A DNA stretch of 64,000 bases from NCBI GenBank assembly GCA_011605725.1, contig JAAOZP010000011.1:116474-180473 (forward strand). The letters run 5' to 3'. The notes below the pieces were generated by a model. It did not search any database, had not been told where the DNA came from, and worked only from the letters and a program-made list of their open reading frames with translations. Of this stretch, positions 47,938 through 58,642 are shown piece after piece. The position numbers were made by a program, and so were the translations under genes. Source of the stretch: Nitrososphaerota archaeon (GTDB taxonomy: Archaea; Thermoproteota; EX4484-205; JAAOZP01). Numbering within the stretch: the stretch's first letter is position 1; every line of letters starts with the position of its first letter.

Positions 47938-49065
47938 ATGAACTCTTGGGAAAGAGTAGTGAAAGCTATGCAGCTTTCGGCACCTGATAGGATTCCGATC
48001 TACGAGATGCATATCCCTCCCAAAATATCTTCAGTAATATTGAATAAGAACGTGAATGAAGTCATGTATGGTAATATCGAGGCCTTCTATAACCTGATAA
48101 TTTCAAAGGCAGAGATTAATTTAGACAAGTTGAATGCTCAAGTGGCGGAGGAACAACTGACCCTCTACAAGAAGCTTGGGTTAGATTGGATAAGAGTTGG
48201 CGGAGCCTACACCAATATCCCAAAGAATGTTAAAAAGCTTGGGGACAAGGTATGGCAAGTAAATGGCGGACGATACAAATTGACAGGAGACACGACTTGG
48301 TTTATGGATGAGCCTAAAGAGTACGATCCTGACGAGGTAATTAGGGCTTGTAAGAATAGCAGTATAATGGTGAACACTGGTGTTTTCGACGTATTGAAGC
48401 GGATTTCCCAAAAAGTTAAGGGTGAAGTCTTTCTATCCTTTGATGCCGATGGAACTTGGGGGCCAATAGTTTCAAATCCGAATTTACTCAGGCATGTTCT
48501 TGTCTGGGTGTATAGAAGACCTGATGCTGTTGAAGCCTTGATAAACTATCATACTGAAATTGCAATAGAATACGGGAAGTATGCAATCGATGAAGGTGCT
48601 GATGCGATTCAGCTCTGCGTTGACTACGGTAATAAAAATGGTCCTTGGCTTTCTCCGTCAATGTTCAGAAGGTTCGTGAAACCGGCTTTAGAAAGGCATG
48701 TAAATGAATTCAGGAAAAAAGGGGCTTTTGTAGTGGTTCACTCTGATGGTTATATCATGCCACTGTTGGGAGATATGGTGAATGCAGGGATTAATGCCTA
48801 CCAGGGTATAGATATAATAGCAGGCATGAACCTTAAGGAAGTTAAGGAAAAATACGGAGATAGTATTTGCCTAGTTGGTAATGTCGACCCGAGGATAATA
48901 GAGTACGGTATGAAGGCCGATGTGGAGAGAGAGGTTGAAAGATGTCTTAGGGAGGGTGGAAAAGAAGGGTATATACTGTCGGCATCTGCCAACATTTCTA
49001 TTAACACCAATGCTGAAAACTTCATACATATGGTGGAGTATGCTAAGAAAACATCATCTACTTAG
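47938..49065 (+). CDS. UroD/MtaA-CmuA superfamily protein (paralog of 56109-57239)
   Basis: MNSWERV...PDRIP, VDYGNKNGPWLSP, VHSDG, CLVGNVDP, GYILSAS. Confidence 0.88.
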   Translation: MNSWERVVKAMQLSAPDRIPIYEMHIPPKISSVILNKNVNEVMYGNIEAFYNLIISKAEINLDKLNAQVAEEQLTLYKKLGLDWIRVGGAYTNIPKNVKKLGDKVWQVNGGRYKLTGDTTWFMDEPKEYDPDEVIRACKNSSIMVNTGVFDVLKRISQKVKGEVFLSFDADGTWGPIVSNPNLLRHVLVWVYRRPDAVEALINYHTEIAIEYGKYAIDEGADAIQLCVDYGNKNGPWLSPSMFRRFVKPALERHVNEFRKKGAFVVVHSDGYIMPLLGDMVNAGINAYQGIDIIAGMNLKEVKEKYGDSICLVGNVDPRIIEYGMKADVEREVERCLREGGKEGYILSASANISINTNAENFIHMVEYAKKTSST

Positions 49066-49331
49066 CCGCTTCACATAGTTATTTGAATCCCGAAACGTCT
49101 AGATTCGAAGATAGATAGACTTTGGAACGATCAAAGGCAATTAAAAGACCCGTGGAAGCATCCAGTGCATCACCCTTGAATCGCTTGTTTCCCGGCTTTA
49201 GGACATGTGATGCAAAACGGCTACAATACATAACTGACTTGCATGCTGGGCAGCATATTGAGTAAAAAAATGGGTAAAAAATCGCATAAGTATTATAAAC
49301 CATGGTGTCATTTAGTTGACGGTGATGTGAG

Positions 49332-49703
49332 ATGGAGGAAGAGAGAAAAGAAGTTGAGCTGCCTGAAACAGAGAAGAAAAGAGAGATGATGCGTCATTCT
49401 GAGGATGTTGAAGAATTGAGAGAAGTCTTGAAGACTGTTAGAGAGGAAGTACCTGGGCTCTTGAAAGATATTGTCGGCCCTCTTAAGGAGTTGATGGGTA
49501 CATCATTAACGGAGGAGCAGGCAAAGGAAAGGGCTAGAGCGATAGCGACCTTCTACAAAGAATTAGTAGCAGCAGGAATGAAAGAAGATGTTGCTATTGA
49601 GCTGGTTAAAAATCAGTTTATCAGTCCAGCAGAATTAATCAAAAACCTGTTAGGGCAAGCAGGCAGGATAAGAAGGGAAGAAGAGAAGGTTTTAGAGAAG
49701 TAA
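49332..49703 (+). CDS. Hypothetical helical protein
   Basis: Upstream GGTGA SD; ARAIATFYKELVAAGMKEDVAIEL; first gene of a 3-gene operon. Confidence 0.7.
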   Translation: MEEERKEVELPETEKKREMMRHSEDVEELREVLKTVREEVPGLLKDIVGPLKELMGTSLTEEQAKERARAIATFYKELVAAGMKEDVAIELVKNQFISPAELIKNLLGQAGRIRREEEKVLEK

Positions 49704-49712
49704 GAGATTCCA

Positions 49713-50018
49713 ATGGGAAAGGCATTGCGAATAGTCCTGATCGTAGTGGAGGCTTTAATAACTCTAATTGTATTAATCCCTGTTTTTCTCTGGCTTTTGT
49801 TGAATGTTTATCTAGTCAATTACAGGATAGGGAAGAACAGGAAGAAGATGGTTAAGATGCTGAGGAGAGAAGGCTTATCGGAAGATGTTTCGATCAAGAT
49901 AGCTGAACACATGTTTCCTAAAATGGAGTTTTCCCTTTTGGGGTTTAGGTCCCTGATGAGTGCGGCAGAACCTGCGCGAGAAAAGAGGGGAAAACTCATT
50001 GGAAAGCAGGATAGATGA
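49713..50018 (+). CDS. Small membrane protein
   Basis: Long N-terminal hydrophobic segment followed by a basic tail (LRREGLSEDV). Confidence 0.65.
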   Translation: MGKALRIVLIVVEALITLIVLIPVFLWLLLNVYLVNYRIGKNRKKMVKMLRREGLSEDVSIKIAEHMFPKMEFSLLGFRSLMSAAEPAREKRGKLIGKQDR

Positions 50019-50403
50019 GCTTGTCAGGAAGATCAATCTTCTTGAAGAAGAGCTCAGGAAAGAAAGGGAGTTGAACAGAGATATATTGCGGGAGTTGGCT
50101 GTCGTTAGAAGCATCCTATCCTTAAGCTCAGATGCCTATAAAACTTCTAAGAAAATAAGCCTTCTCTCAGAAAGCCTAAAAGCAGGGCCATTAGCTAGAG
50201 ATATAACTGAAATATTGATATCCGAGGGGCCATTAAACATATCTCAGCTAACTAATCTTCTAAGGGAAATTAGGGGGAGAGCATCTAGGAAGACGGTTGC
50301 AAAGAAGCTTAGAGAATTAATGGCGCTAGGAATTATAGATATGGTGGAGGGGAAAAAGAGTGAAAAGCTGTTTAAAGTAAAAAGCGAAGGCTCTAGCGGG
50401 TAG
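49960..50403 (+). CDS. Coiled-coil + winged-HTH DNA-binding protein
   Basis: Coiled coil LESRIDELVRKINLLEEEL, then GPLNISQLT...ASRKTVAKKLRELMALGII. The start is uncertain (possibly TTG 49999). Confidence 0.7.
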   Translation: MRQNLREKRGENSLESRIDELVRKINLLEEELRKERELNRDILRELAVVRSILSLSSDAYKTSKKISLLSESLKAGPLARDITEILISEGPLNISQLTNLLREIRGRASRKTVAKKLRELMALGIIDMVEGKKSEKLFKVKSEGSSG

Positions 50404-50519
50404 CTGAATAGTTTTAAACAACCACCTTTTTGGCGAGTGAACCTATGTCTTTAGATGAGAACGTGTTGCTAAATAATTCTGATCTTTTTCAATGATTAAG
50501 ATGAAGCTACATTCGATGT

Positions 50520-51359
50520 TTAAAGAGCAATATTCCCGTATTCTCTGAAAAATTTTTTCAAGTTTTCCAAACTTTTAACAGCTATGGTTTCCGCATTTGG
50601 TTGATAGTCAAAAACCTCAACAGACAGATATCCTGAATACTCTATTTCGATCAAACTCTGAACTATTTCTTTATAGTTAGCAGAGCCAGACCCCGGAATA
50701 TACCCGTTACAATCATTCGCATGGAAATGTTCCAGATAGGTTTTTCCCTCTTTTATTATATCCCTGAAAGATCTTTTTTCATCACACATGCTTCTCACGT
50801 CAAGAATAAGCCTGATATTTTCATGATCAACATCTTTTATGAATTTGATTGCTTCGCTAACATTGTTTATGAAATTTGTTTGATCTTTAGATAAGGGTTC
50901 GATGCAAAAGACCACCATTTTTTCCTTAGCAGAATCCCCTATCTCTCTAAAGGCTGAGACGGCAGAATCCCATGCTTTTTTAAAAACCTCTTTTGACGGA
51001 ATGCTTCTTTGCTTTGGAGAGCCAAAGACCACTATTCTTCCACCTATTTCGCTTGTGAATTCTACTACTGTAATCAGATATTTTAAAGCCTCTTTTCGCA
51101 CTTCTCCCAGCTCATTAAAAAGGTTCACATTCTTGTCGCAGACCAAGACCCAATGAGTACCAACAATTTCAATACTGTTTTCGATCGCTTTCTTCCTTAT
51201 CTCTCTTCTCCTATCTGAGGAGATCTTCTCAACGTTGCTACCCATGGTGAAAGGGGCGATTTCGATACCATTATATCCGAACCGCTTAACGTAAAGTAAG
51301 ACTTCAGTAATATCCATCCCTGAAAAAACTTCGTTACATATTGAAAGCTTCATTTGCAC
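50520..51359 (-). CDS. Sugar phosphate isomerase/epimerase (D-tagatose/psicose 3-epimerase-like TIM barrel)
   Basis: GYNGIEIAP, VFGSPKQR, CIEPL, LILD, HFHAND, PGSG, YSGYLSVEVF. Confidence 0.88.
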   Translation of the reverse strand: MQMKLSICNEVFSGMDITEVLLYVKRFGYNGIEIAPFTMGSNVEKISSDRRREIRKKAIENSIEIVGTHWVLVCDKNVNLFNELGEVRKEALKYLITVVEFTSEIGGRIVVFGSPKQRSIPSKEVFKKAWDSAVSAFREIGDSAKEKMVVFCIEPLSKDQTNFINNVSEAIKFIKDVDHENIRLILDVRSMCDEKRSFRDIIKEGKTYLEHFHANDCNGYIPGSGSANYKEIVQSLIEIEYSGYLSVEVFDYQPNAETIAVKSLENLKKFFREYGNIAL

Positions 51360-51440
51360 TGGAGAATCGAATTAGACTGTTATAAGTTTTAAGACTAGCA
51401 TAATGGTTTAAAAAGTCCTGTTTCAATAAACTCGGTAAAA

Positions 51441-52577
51441 ATGAGTAAGAAGATTGCTGAAGTCGAGATAGAAGCCGGTGTTCATGACAGGATTGAGACC
51501 CCAGTTTGTTTCCCCCTGCAGAAAATAGCTTCGCTCCTTGGGGACAAAAAGGCCGTTCACCTGGAGATAAGAGGCGTAAAAATACCTTTACAAGTTACAG
51601 GGCAAGAAACCTTGCTTCAAGGTTGCTTCATCCTTCCTTATGCGAAGGCTGGTGGAACCTTAAAAGGAGATATCGTTGTTAGTGAAGAAGAGGAAGAAAC
51701 TGGTTTCTCGTATGACTTAAAGGAGGATACTCTTATCGTCAACTATGAGGGAAACGTGGTAGCAAGCTATCACTATGGAAGATTGCTTAGTAAGCCCTAT
51801 CTCTATCCGGTCTTCAGCACGAATGGTGTTAGAGTTACGGAAGACGGGCCTAAGGATCATGTGCATCACAGGTCGCTATGGGTTGCACACGGGGATGTGA
51901 ACGGATATGATTTTTGGGCTGAGTTTAATGATAGTGGAAGGATAGAAGCGAAAAATGTTAAAGTGAATAGTTGCGGGAGAGTTTTCTTCGAGTTCAGCAG
52001 TAGCAATGTTTGGATTACCAAGTCAGGAAGCATCGAGCTATTTGAGGAGAGGACAACGCGTATCTGGAGGCTTAAAAGGGACGTACTTCTAGACCTTGAA
52101 ATAATTCTTTCCAATCCTGAGAAGGATGTTAAATTCGGAGACACTAAGGAAGGCGGAATACTTTCAATAAGAGTTAATGAAAAGATTAAGGTTGACAATG
52201 GTGGTAAGATTGAAAACTCGTTTGGTGGAATTAACGAGGCGGAAACATGGGGTAAAAGGGCAGCTTGGTGCGACTATAGCGGGATCGTTGATGGAAAGAG
52301 TGTTGGGATAACCGCTTTTGATCACTTGAACAACTTCAGATATCCAACCTACTGGCATGTAAGGAATTACGGACTGATGACTGCAAACATGTTCGGCGTC
52401 TCAGTCTTCACGAATACGCCTAAAAACAGGGGGGACTACGTCCTTCCTAGAGGAGAGGAATTAAGATTTAAGTATAGGGTTCTTGTGCATGAAGGTAGAG
52501 ACTCCGGCTACATAAAAAGCAAGTATGTTGATTTCATCTATCCGCCTAAGGTAGAAATTTCAGAAGTGAGAGTATAA
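51441..52577 (+). CDS. PmoA-like/DUF6807 family protein (beta-supersandwich typical of sugar loci; not a methane monooxygenase)
   Basis: KPYLYP, DHVHHRSLW, DFW, FGDTKEGG, WGKRAAWCDYSG, WHVRNYGL. Confidence 0.75.
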   Translation: MSKKIAEVEIEAGVHDRIETPVCFPLQKIASLLGDKKAVHLEIRGVKIPLQVTGQETLLQGCFILPYAKAGGTLKGDIVVSEEEEETGFSYDLKEDTLIVNYEGNVVASYHYGRLLSKPYLYPVFSTNGVRVTEDGPKDHVHHRSLWVAHGDVNGYDFWAEFNDSGRIEAKNVKVNSCGRVFFEFSSSNVWITKSGSIELFEERTTRIWRLKRDVLLDLEIILSNPEKDVKFGDTKEGGILSIRVNEKIKVDNGGKIENSFGGINEAETWGKRAAWCDYSGIVDGKSVGITAFDHLNNFRYPTYWHVRNYGLMTANMFGVSVFTNTPKNRGDYVLPRGEELRFKYRVLVHEGRDSGYIKSKYVDFIYPPKVEISEVRV

Positions 52578-52605
52578 GCCGCTGCTAATCCTGCGCGCGC
52601 GCTGC

Positions 52606-53760
52606 TTACCCTCCATAAAGGCCGATTTTCTTCAATAGCTCGTAGGTGAAGTTTAGATGCTCTACTGGAGTGTTCGGAGCCACATTGTTAGCGTCTCTGA
52701 AAACAAACCTTTTCCCTCTCGTAACCCCAGAGCTCAACACGGTTTTAACCTCCTCTTCAATCTCGCTTAAAGGACCCTGTTTAAGTGTCGTAACTCTGAC
52801 ACCACCCTGTATCACTACGTCTTCTCCAAGTATCTCTCTTGCTCTTCCCAAGTCCAGTGGAAACCCTGTGTCGATCGAGGAAATATTAAGCTCCTCTTTA
52901 AGGGTTTTCAGGTGCTGTATAACTGCTCCGCATAAGTGTATGCTTGGTCTTCCAGAGCAAAAAGTGTTAACTATCTTCTTGTGAAGAGGCAGGACGAATT
53001 CTCTATAGGCTCTCGGGGACAGAAGTTGAATAGAGTCGTCTGCAAACCCAAATCCTTCATATGGATATGAAATCTTAAGCAATCTATGCCAAGCCTTCAT
53101 CCTCTCGATTATTGATTCCGTTATAAACCAGAGGAATTCTTCGGCTAGACTTCTGTTTAAATAGAGCATTTTAACCACGTAGCCGCCCGTGATGTTAGTC
53201 GCTATTGTGAAAGGCCCGTCTGTACCAATCGGTGCGGAAACGCTTCCAATAGGTCTTTCAAAATAGGTGTAGCCTTCCTCCTTCTTCTTAAGGAAATATT
53301 CGTAGAAGCTTTTTACTCTTGCCATAAAGCCGGAGAAAGGCTCCGGCATACCTTTTTTCATAAAATCCTTCAAATCATCCTCGCTTTTAAGAAATGGAAA
53401 TATATCTGGAACACTGCCGTCAGAGAAGTAGAGAGGTGCTCCGAACCATGCTGATTCATAAACGTTTTGAAACTGTACGGAAATAGGCCATTCCCTAGGC
53501 AAACCCATTTCCCAATCAGCATAAACATTAAGCCTTTTCCAGTATTCGAATTCAAGTTCAGCCTGCAACATAGTTTCAGGATCATTGAAAATCCTCTCAT
53601 AGGTATAGTTCCTAATATTTAGCTCCTTGTTTAACACAATCATTCTATCGTTCATTCCCCATATAACCGGGATTCTTTTATGCCTATTCAGCTTGAAGTC
53701 TTCCCATAAGTGCAAAACCATCTCATTGTGATGCTCAAAACTATTAGTAGCATTTATCAT
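52606..53760 (-). CDS. UroD/MtaA-CmuA superfamily protein
   Basis: GTDGPFTIA, ADDSIQLLSPRAYREFVLP, IHLCG, IQGG, NNVAPNTPVEH. Confidence 0.85.
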   Translation of the reverse strand: MINATNSFEHHNEMVLHLWEDFKLNRHKRIPVIWGMNDRMIVLNKELNIRNYTYERIFNDPETMLQAELEFEYWKRLNVYADWEMGLPREWPISVQFQNVYESAWFGAPLYFSDGSVPDIFPFLKSEDDLKDFMKKGMPEPFSGFMARVKSFYEYFLKKKEEGYTYFERPIGSVSAPIGTDGPFTIATNITGGYVVKMLYLNRSLAEEFLWFITESIIERMKAWHRLLKISYPYEGFGFADDSIQLLSPRAYREFVLPLHKKIVNTFCSGRPSIHLCGAVIQHLKTLKEELNISSIDTGFPLDLGRAREILGEDVVIQGGVRVTTLKQGPLSEIEEEVKTVLSSGVTRGKRFVFRDANNVAPNTPVEHLNFTYELLKKIGLYGG

Positions 53761-53853
53761 TGTTCAAGAGCTTGAGTTAGCATTACATATTTAAGCCTTA
53801 TCCTGAAAAAAACTTTTACAAGGATATGTGAAACACTTCCATTTCCCGATGGA

Positions 53854-55968
53854 CTATCTTACCAGCTTTAACCGTATCCTTTGTTCACAACACCGGATTT
53901 TCAGTAAAGGTTCCTCCTGCATAAGCTCTCCTCCTTCAACCATTACTTTACCCTTAGTCTTTGCGACGAGTATCCCCGGCTCTCTGAGCCTAAGGAAAGC
54001 CTCGTCTCCATAAACAACCGCGAAATCAATGCCCCGCGGCATAATATAGATGTTCTTTAATCCTATCAGTGTGAGCCAGTTGCTCCATGGTGCAAGTATA
54101 AAGAGCTTCACACTCATGGGGTTGAGCTCAAAGCTAAAAGATTCCTCCCGCAACTCCTCGCTGAAGTACTCGAAAACTACATGCTTCTCGCCCGGAAGCA
54201 TAGCGTCGAAAGGGGTTATAATCCCTTTAACTGGCATGTCGTCCTTTGTGATGTTGAAAGCAGCTACCACGCCGTATACTCCCACATCGCTCAAGCTAAC
54301 CTTCGTGAACACTTTAAGCGGTACTGCTTCATTGTAAGGATCGCGCATCAGTATATCTTTAGTGGGCAGTGCAGGCCCATCGGGCAACGGAAGGAAACCA
54401 TCACTGAATGCAAGCGGTTTCACGATTTCCACTACGCTTTTTCCGGCTTCATCAGTTAGGTATATTGGACCGCCACTCACAGCCCTTGCCACTGCCTGCT
54501 GCAGAGCCCATGGGTCGTGGCTCTGAAACATGTCCCAATCAGGCCATACGACCTGAGACATGAAAAGCGCATTGTATGCGTTAAAATAGAGGTGTAATTT
54601 GTTTCTGGATTTTTTATGAGGTACGATATAGTCCACACAATTCCTAGCTATAGCCGACCTAAACCAGCTGAATGCATTCTCTGGTTGTTGAGCCATACAG
54701 TTAAGAACCTCCAGTGAATTGATATAAGCGGCTGCTTCAAGCCCCCTGTGGAGCATCTCGGCCGCCTCTTCAACAGGTATTTTACCGGCATACATATATC
54801 CGACGGAAGACTGGTTATCAACCTTCACGAAGTCGAAGCCCCATTCCCTGAGCTTAGAGTACCAGTCCCTGAAAAGATCGAATGAATCAGCAGGATTTGG
54901 AACTAGATTTCCCTCCGCCTCTATCAAATGTTTACCCCATTTCTCTGCAAGTCGGCTTCCCTTGGCGACTCCCCTCCAATGTATGTTGAGCGTGTGCCAA
55001 AGCCCCACGTATCTTGCCCCCATGCTCTTCAGTCTATCAACAACTTCCTTAAAACCGCTTGGAAACTTTTTCACACTTGGCTCCAAATCCTTTATCCTCA
55101 TATCCTGCTCTTCTTGCCACCCATCGTCAATCAAGGCAAAGCCGGGTGTAACACTATTCTCTAGCAAGGACTTGAATGTAGCCACTATCTTCTCCTCCGT
55201 AGGATCACGCCAGCAAGCATTCCAAGAACACCAACCAAGGTACTTGAAGATCTCGGGTAACGACTTCTTCTTCCGAAGCACGTCTCGCCTTCCTGTAAGC
55301 GTGAAAGCAGACTCGTATGCAGATTCTACTGCCCTATAGGGGTTGCTCGACGTTGCAAATGCAAATAGAAATACGCGATCCCAAGCTCCCGCTACCATCC
55401 TGTTCAGCAGGATGCTGAACTCATCCCGTTCAAACCGTGAAACGTAGCCACGAGCACCCGAGTTTGAAATTGGAAGCAAGAACGCATAGCTTCCTGCACC
55501 TTCAGCAATGAGTTGAGAAACCTTGATATTCCTCGGCAAGCCTTTAAAGCCTGAAGCATGGATTGGGTAGCTCCATGCACAGTACTCGAACTCCTCCGTC
55601 TCTCTTAGCTGCGGATACTGATATGGTTCCTGCGATTCACTGAAGTATTTTTCAGGATCGTGAGCGAAGTGGAAAAGGAGAAGCTTTTCAAAACCTTCGA
55701 AGCTTGACCTTAGCTCAACTATGAGACCATCATCACTCAGTCCATCGGCTTCAGCTGTTACAACAATGGACTCTGGCCCCCATTCTTCGAATACCAGTCT
55801 ACCTTTTCCCTCAGGGTATTTGACGTACGCAGTATTGGCATGCAGTTCTGTAGAAAGAGGATTAGAAAGCTTCCCAGCGAGAGCCATCAGCGGCCTAAAG
55901 ATAAGTTTAAAGCCATCCTTTTCCATAAGTATCTCTGATTCTCTAACCCTAAAGGATGCTGGACTCAT
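53854..55968 (-). CDS. GH36 alpha-galactosidase / raffinose synthase (Sip1)-like protein
   Basis: LGWCSWNA, LIDDGWQ, GLWHTL..HW.G, GFDFVKVDNQ, NCM, WPDWDMFQSH, RAVSGGPIYLTD. Confidence 0.9.
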   Translation of the reverse strand: MSPASFRVRESEILMEKDGFKLIFRPLMALAGKLSNPLSTELHANTAYVKYPEGKGRLVFEEWGPESIVVTAEADGLSDDGLIVELRSSFEGFEKLLLFHFAHDPEKYFSESQEPYQYPQLRETEEFEYCAWSYPIHASGFKGLPRNIKVSQLIAEGAGSYAFLLPISNSGARGYVSRFERDEFSILLNRMVAGAWDRVFLFAFATSSNPYRAVESAYESAFTLTGRRDVLRKKKSLPEIFKYLGWCSWNACWRDPTEEKIVATFKSLLENSVTPGFALIDDGWQEEQDMRIKDLEPSVKKFPSGFKEVVDRLKSMGARYVGLWHTLNIHWRGVAKGSRLAEKWGKHLIEAEGNLVPNPADSFDLFRDWYSKLREWGFDFVKVDNQSSVGYMYAGKIPVEEAAEMLHRGLEAAAYINSLEVLNCMAQQPENAFSWFRSAIARNCVDYIVPHKKSRNKLHLYFNAYNALFMSQVVWPDWDMFQSHDPWALQQAVARAVSGGPIYLTDEAGKSVVEIVKPLAFSDGFLPLPDGPALPTKDILMRDPYNEAVPLKVFTKVSLSDVGVYGVVAAFNITKDDMPVKGIITPFDAMLPGEKHVVFEYFSEELREESFSFELNPMSVKLFILAPWSNWLTLIGLKNIYIMPRGIDFAVVYGDEAFLRLREPGILVAKTKGKVMVEGGELMQEEPLLKIRCCEQRIRLKLVR

Positions 55969-56108
55969 AGAAAATACGTTTCACGGTTACTAATTAACGT
56001 ATCGCAACATTCTAGCCAGAATGCAGACTATCTTCACTGAGCACTGATAGAAATTGGAAAATTAAGCGTCTTAAAATTTTTATAAACTGTGTTCACCCCC
56101 ATTTTCGA

Positions 56109-57239
56109 ATGAACTCTTGGGAGAGAGTAGTGGCGGCTATGCAGATTTCAACACCAGATAGGGTTCCCATTTACGAGTTGCATCCTTCCTTGAAAATATT
56201 TTCCACCGTGCTTGGTAAAAATGAAGATAGCATTATGGCTCATAACCCTGAAGCGTTTTTCAGCCTGATAGCTTCCAAGGGGAAAAATATTGATTTAAAC
56301 AAGCTTAATGAACAAATCGCGGAAGAACTTCTAAACTTTTATGGGGGGCTTGGGCTAGATTGGATTCGCGTTGTAAAAGCTTACGCCAGCATCCCGAGGG
56401 AAGTGAAGAGGATTGGCGAGCATACGTGGCAGGTAGACGGGAAAATATGCAAGTGGTCGGGAGAAACCCTTTGGAACTTGAGCGAGCCTAGAACCTATGA
56501 CCCGGATGAGGTAATGAGAGAGTGTAGGAATAGTGGTGTTGAAATAGATCCGTTAGCGTTTGAAGTGCTTAGGAGGCTAGCAGCCAAGGTGAAGAAAGAC
56601 ATGTTCCTGTCTTTTGATGCTGACGGAACATGGGAACCCATAGTGTCTAATCCGAATCTTCTCAAACATGTTCTAATATGGGTTTACAGGAGGCCTGATG
56701 CCGTAGAGGCCTTAATCAACCATAATACTGACGTTGCTATCGAGTATGGCAAGTGGGCTATAGATGAGGGTGCCGATGCGATTCAACTCTGCGTCGACTA
56801 TGGGAATCAGAATGGTCCTTGGATGTCGATCGAAATGTTCAGGAAATTTGTTAAACCGGCTTTGAGAAGAGAAGTGAATGCTTTCAAGAGGAAAGGTGCA
56901 TTTGTAGTTCTTCATTCAGACGGATATATCATGCCCATCCTACCCGATATTGTTGACACAGGAGTGGATGCTTACCAGTGCATTGACGTGATCGCCGGTA
57001 TGAGGATGTGGGAGGTTAAGGAAAAATTCGGAGATAAAATCTGCCTGGTTGGGAACGTGGATCCAAGGATAATAGAATACGGGACTAAACGTGATGTAGA
57101 GAAAGAGGTTGAGAGATGCTTAAGAGAAGGGGGGAGAGAAGGCTACATTCTTTCGGCTTCAGCAAGCTGTGCGCTTAACAATAATGCAGAGAATTACATT
57201 TATATGATAAACTACGTTAAGAGAAAAAAATTACAGTAA
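56109..57239 (+). CDS. UroD/MtaA-CmuA superfamily protein (paralog of 47938-49065)
   Basis: Same motifs as 47938-49065 with long near-identical stretches. Confidence 0.88.
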   Translation: MNSWERVVAAMQISTPDRVPIYELHPSLKIFSTVLGKNEDSIMAHNPEAFFSLIASKGKNIDLNKLNEQIAEELLNFYGGLGLDWIRVVKAYASIPREVKRIGEHTWQVDGKICKWSGETLWNLSEPRTYDPDEVMRECRNSGVEIDPLAFEVLRRLAAKVKKDMFLSFDADGTWEPIVSNPNLLKHVLIWVYRRPDAVEALINHNTDVAIEYGKWAIDEGADAIQLCVDYGNQNGPWMSIEMFRKFVKPALRREVNAFKRKGAFVVLHSDGYIMPILPDIVDTGVDAYQCIDVIAGMRMWEVKEKFGDKICLVGNVDPRIIEYGTKRDVEKEVERCLREGGREGYILSASASCALNNNAENYIYMINYVKRKKLQ

Positions 57240-57289
57240 GCAGCGCCCTAACCACCAGTAAGAAAACAAAACCTATATATGAAAAAGAC

Positions 57290-58059
57290 TTGGAGACAAG
57301 GAGATTGGGTGGAAAGTTTGACGTAATCAGATTGGGAATGAATTGTGTCGATTGCATTTTAAAGGTTGAAAGCGTTGAGAATCTGAACCGGGTAAGTATA
57401 CTCGACTGGACTATCCAGCGAGGGGGTAAGGCCTCTACCGCCATGGTGGCCGCGGCCCGTCTCGGGGCAAAAACCTCCGTGATAACGAGGATTGGGCAGG
57501 ATGAGGCTGGAGAACTCATCATCTCAGAGTTTAAAAGTATGGGGTAGACACGAGTAGAATCATTGTGCAAGAGGGATACAGTACTCCAATACTCTTCATA
57601 CTCGTTGATGCCAAAGGTAGTCCTCGATGGATTGATGCTAAAGTATTAAAAGACTGTGTTCTCCCAGAGCCAGTAAAGCATATGGTTAAGTTAGCGGAAG
57701 CAAAGAACCAGTTTAAGAACACCATTATAAGAAAACATGTTGAGGGCGAGTTCGACTTCGTAACTGAAGGGAGAATACTCCTCCTGGATTGTTTTCAGCC
57801 CGAGTGTTTAGATGCAGCTATAGCTGCCAGGAAGAATAATGTTGAAACTTGTCTCGATATGTATTTTCACCCAAATCTGAAAGAACTTCTCCGAAACATA
57901 ACATACTGTATACCATCTAGGAGAGCTGCTGCTGATTTCACTGGAGAAACTGATCCTGAAGCCATGTGCAGAAAGCTTCTTCGCCTAGGGCCTGAAGTGC
58001 CCGATTTGAAGAGGCTTTACGAGGCTATTCTTAGGAACGGTTTTTACTCATCATGCTAG
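57290..58059 (+). pseudogene. PfkB-family carbohydrate kinase pseudogene
   Basis: GGKASTAMVAAARLGAKT...IGQDEAG, then a one-G loss at ATGGGGTAGAC (~57539-57549) shifts MG/VDTSRII into another frame. The C-terminal VTLG...DTxGAGD segment is absent (LRLGPEV runs straight into PDLKRL). Confidence 0.8.
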
Positions 58060-58234
58060 CATGATTCATGGAGATTACACTAGGCCGATTCAAGATGCTT
58101 GTGAAATACTTGGAATAGAAATAGTCAGGGTCTAACCATGCTGTTTTGTTAAGCATGGTGCCGAACCCGTTGCTAATCCTTCTAAAGGAGACTTTCTAAA
58201 ACGTTTTTAAACAGTGTTGACACCATAGGGTTTC

Positions 58235-58642
58235 ATGCATGAATGGGCTTTAGCCGAATCGGTGATAAAAACAGTTCTAAGAATAGTTGATGAAAAAGGG
58301 ATTAGAAAAGTCACCGAGATTAAAATAAAAATCGGGGAAATGCAGCAATTGGAATATGAAGTGTTCAGAGAAGCACTGGTGCAGCTGAAGCCTGTTGAGT
58401 TGAAGGACGCGGAGTTCATTATAGAGGTTGCGGAGACAGAGTTTAAATGCAGAACCTGCGGGCTTAAATGGCTTTTTCCAAAGAAGGAGCTTGGTGAAGA
58501 CGTATTGGAAGCTATACATTTTCTCCCGGAGGTTTCTCACGCCTACTTAAGGTGTCCTCGGTGTGGAAGCCCGGATTTTGAAATAACTGGGGGCAGAGGG
58601 GTTTGGATCGAGAGTATAAGCGGAGTGGAGAAGAATGGTTGA
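58235..58642 (+). CDS. hypA: Hydrogenase nickel incorporation protein HypA
   Basis: MHEWALA, CRTCG, EAIHFLPEV, CPRCGS, GGRGV. Confidence 0.95.
   Translation: MHEWALAESVIKTVLRIVDEKGIRKVTEIKIKIGEMQQLEYEVFREALVQLKPVELKDAEFIIEVAETEFKCRTCGLKWLFPKKELGEDVLEAIHFLPEVSHAYLRCPRCGSPDFEITGGRGVWIESISGVEKNG

Noticed and set aside
51441-52577. 'PmoA' family label suggesting methane oxidation
   Set aside because: It is a soluble protein with no TM helices and no pmoB/pmoC, and it sits among sugar genes. The family name is misleading.
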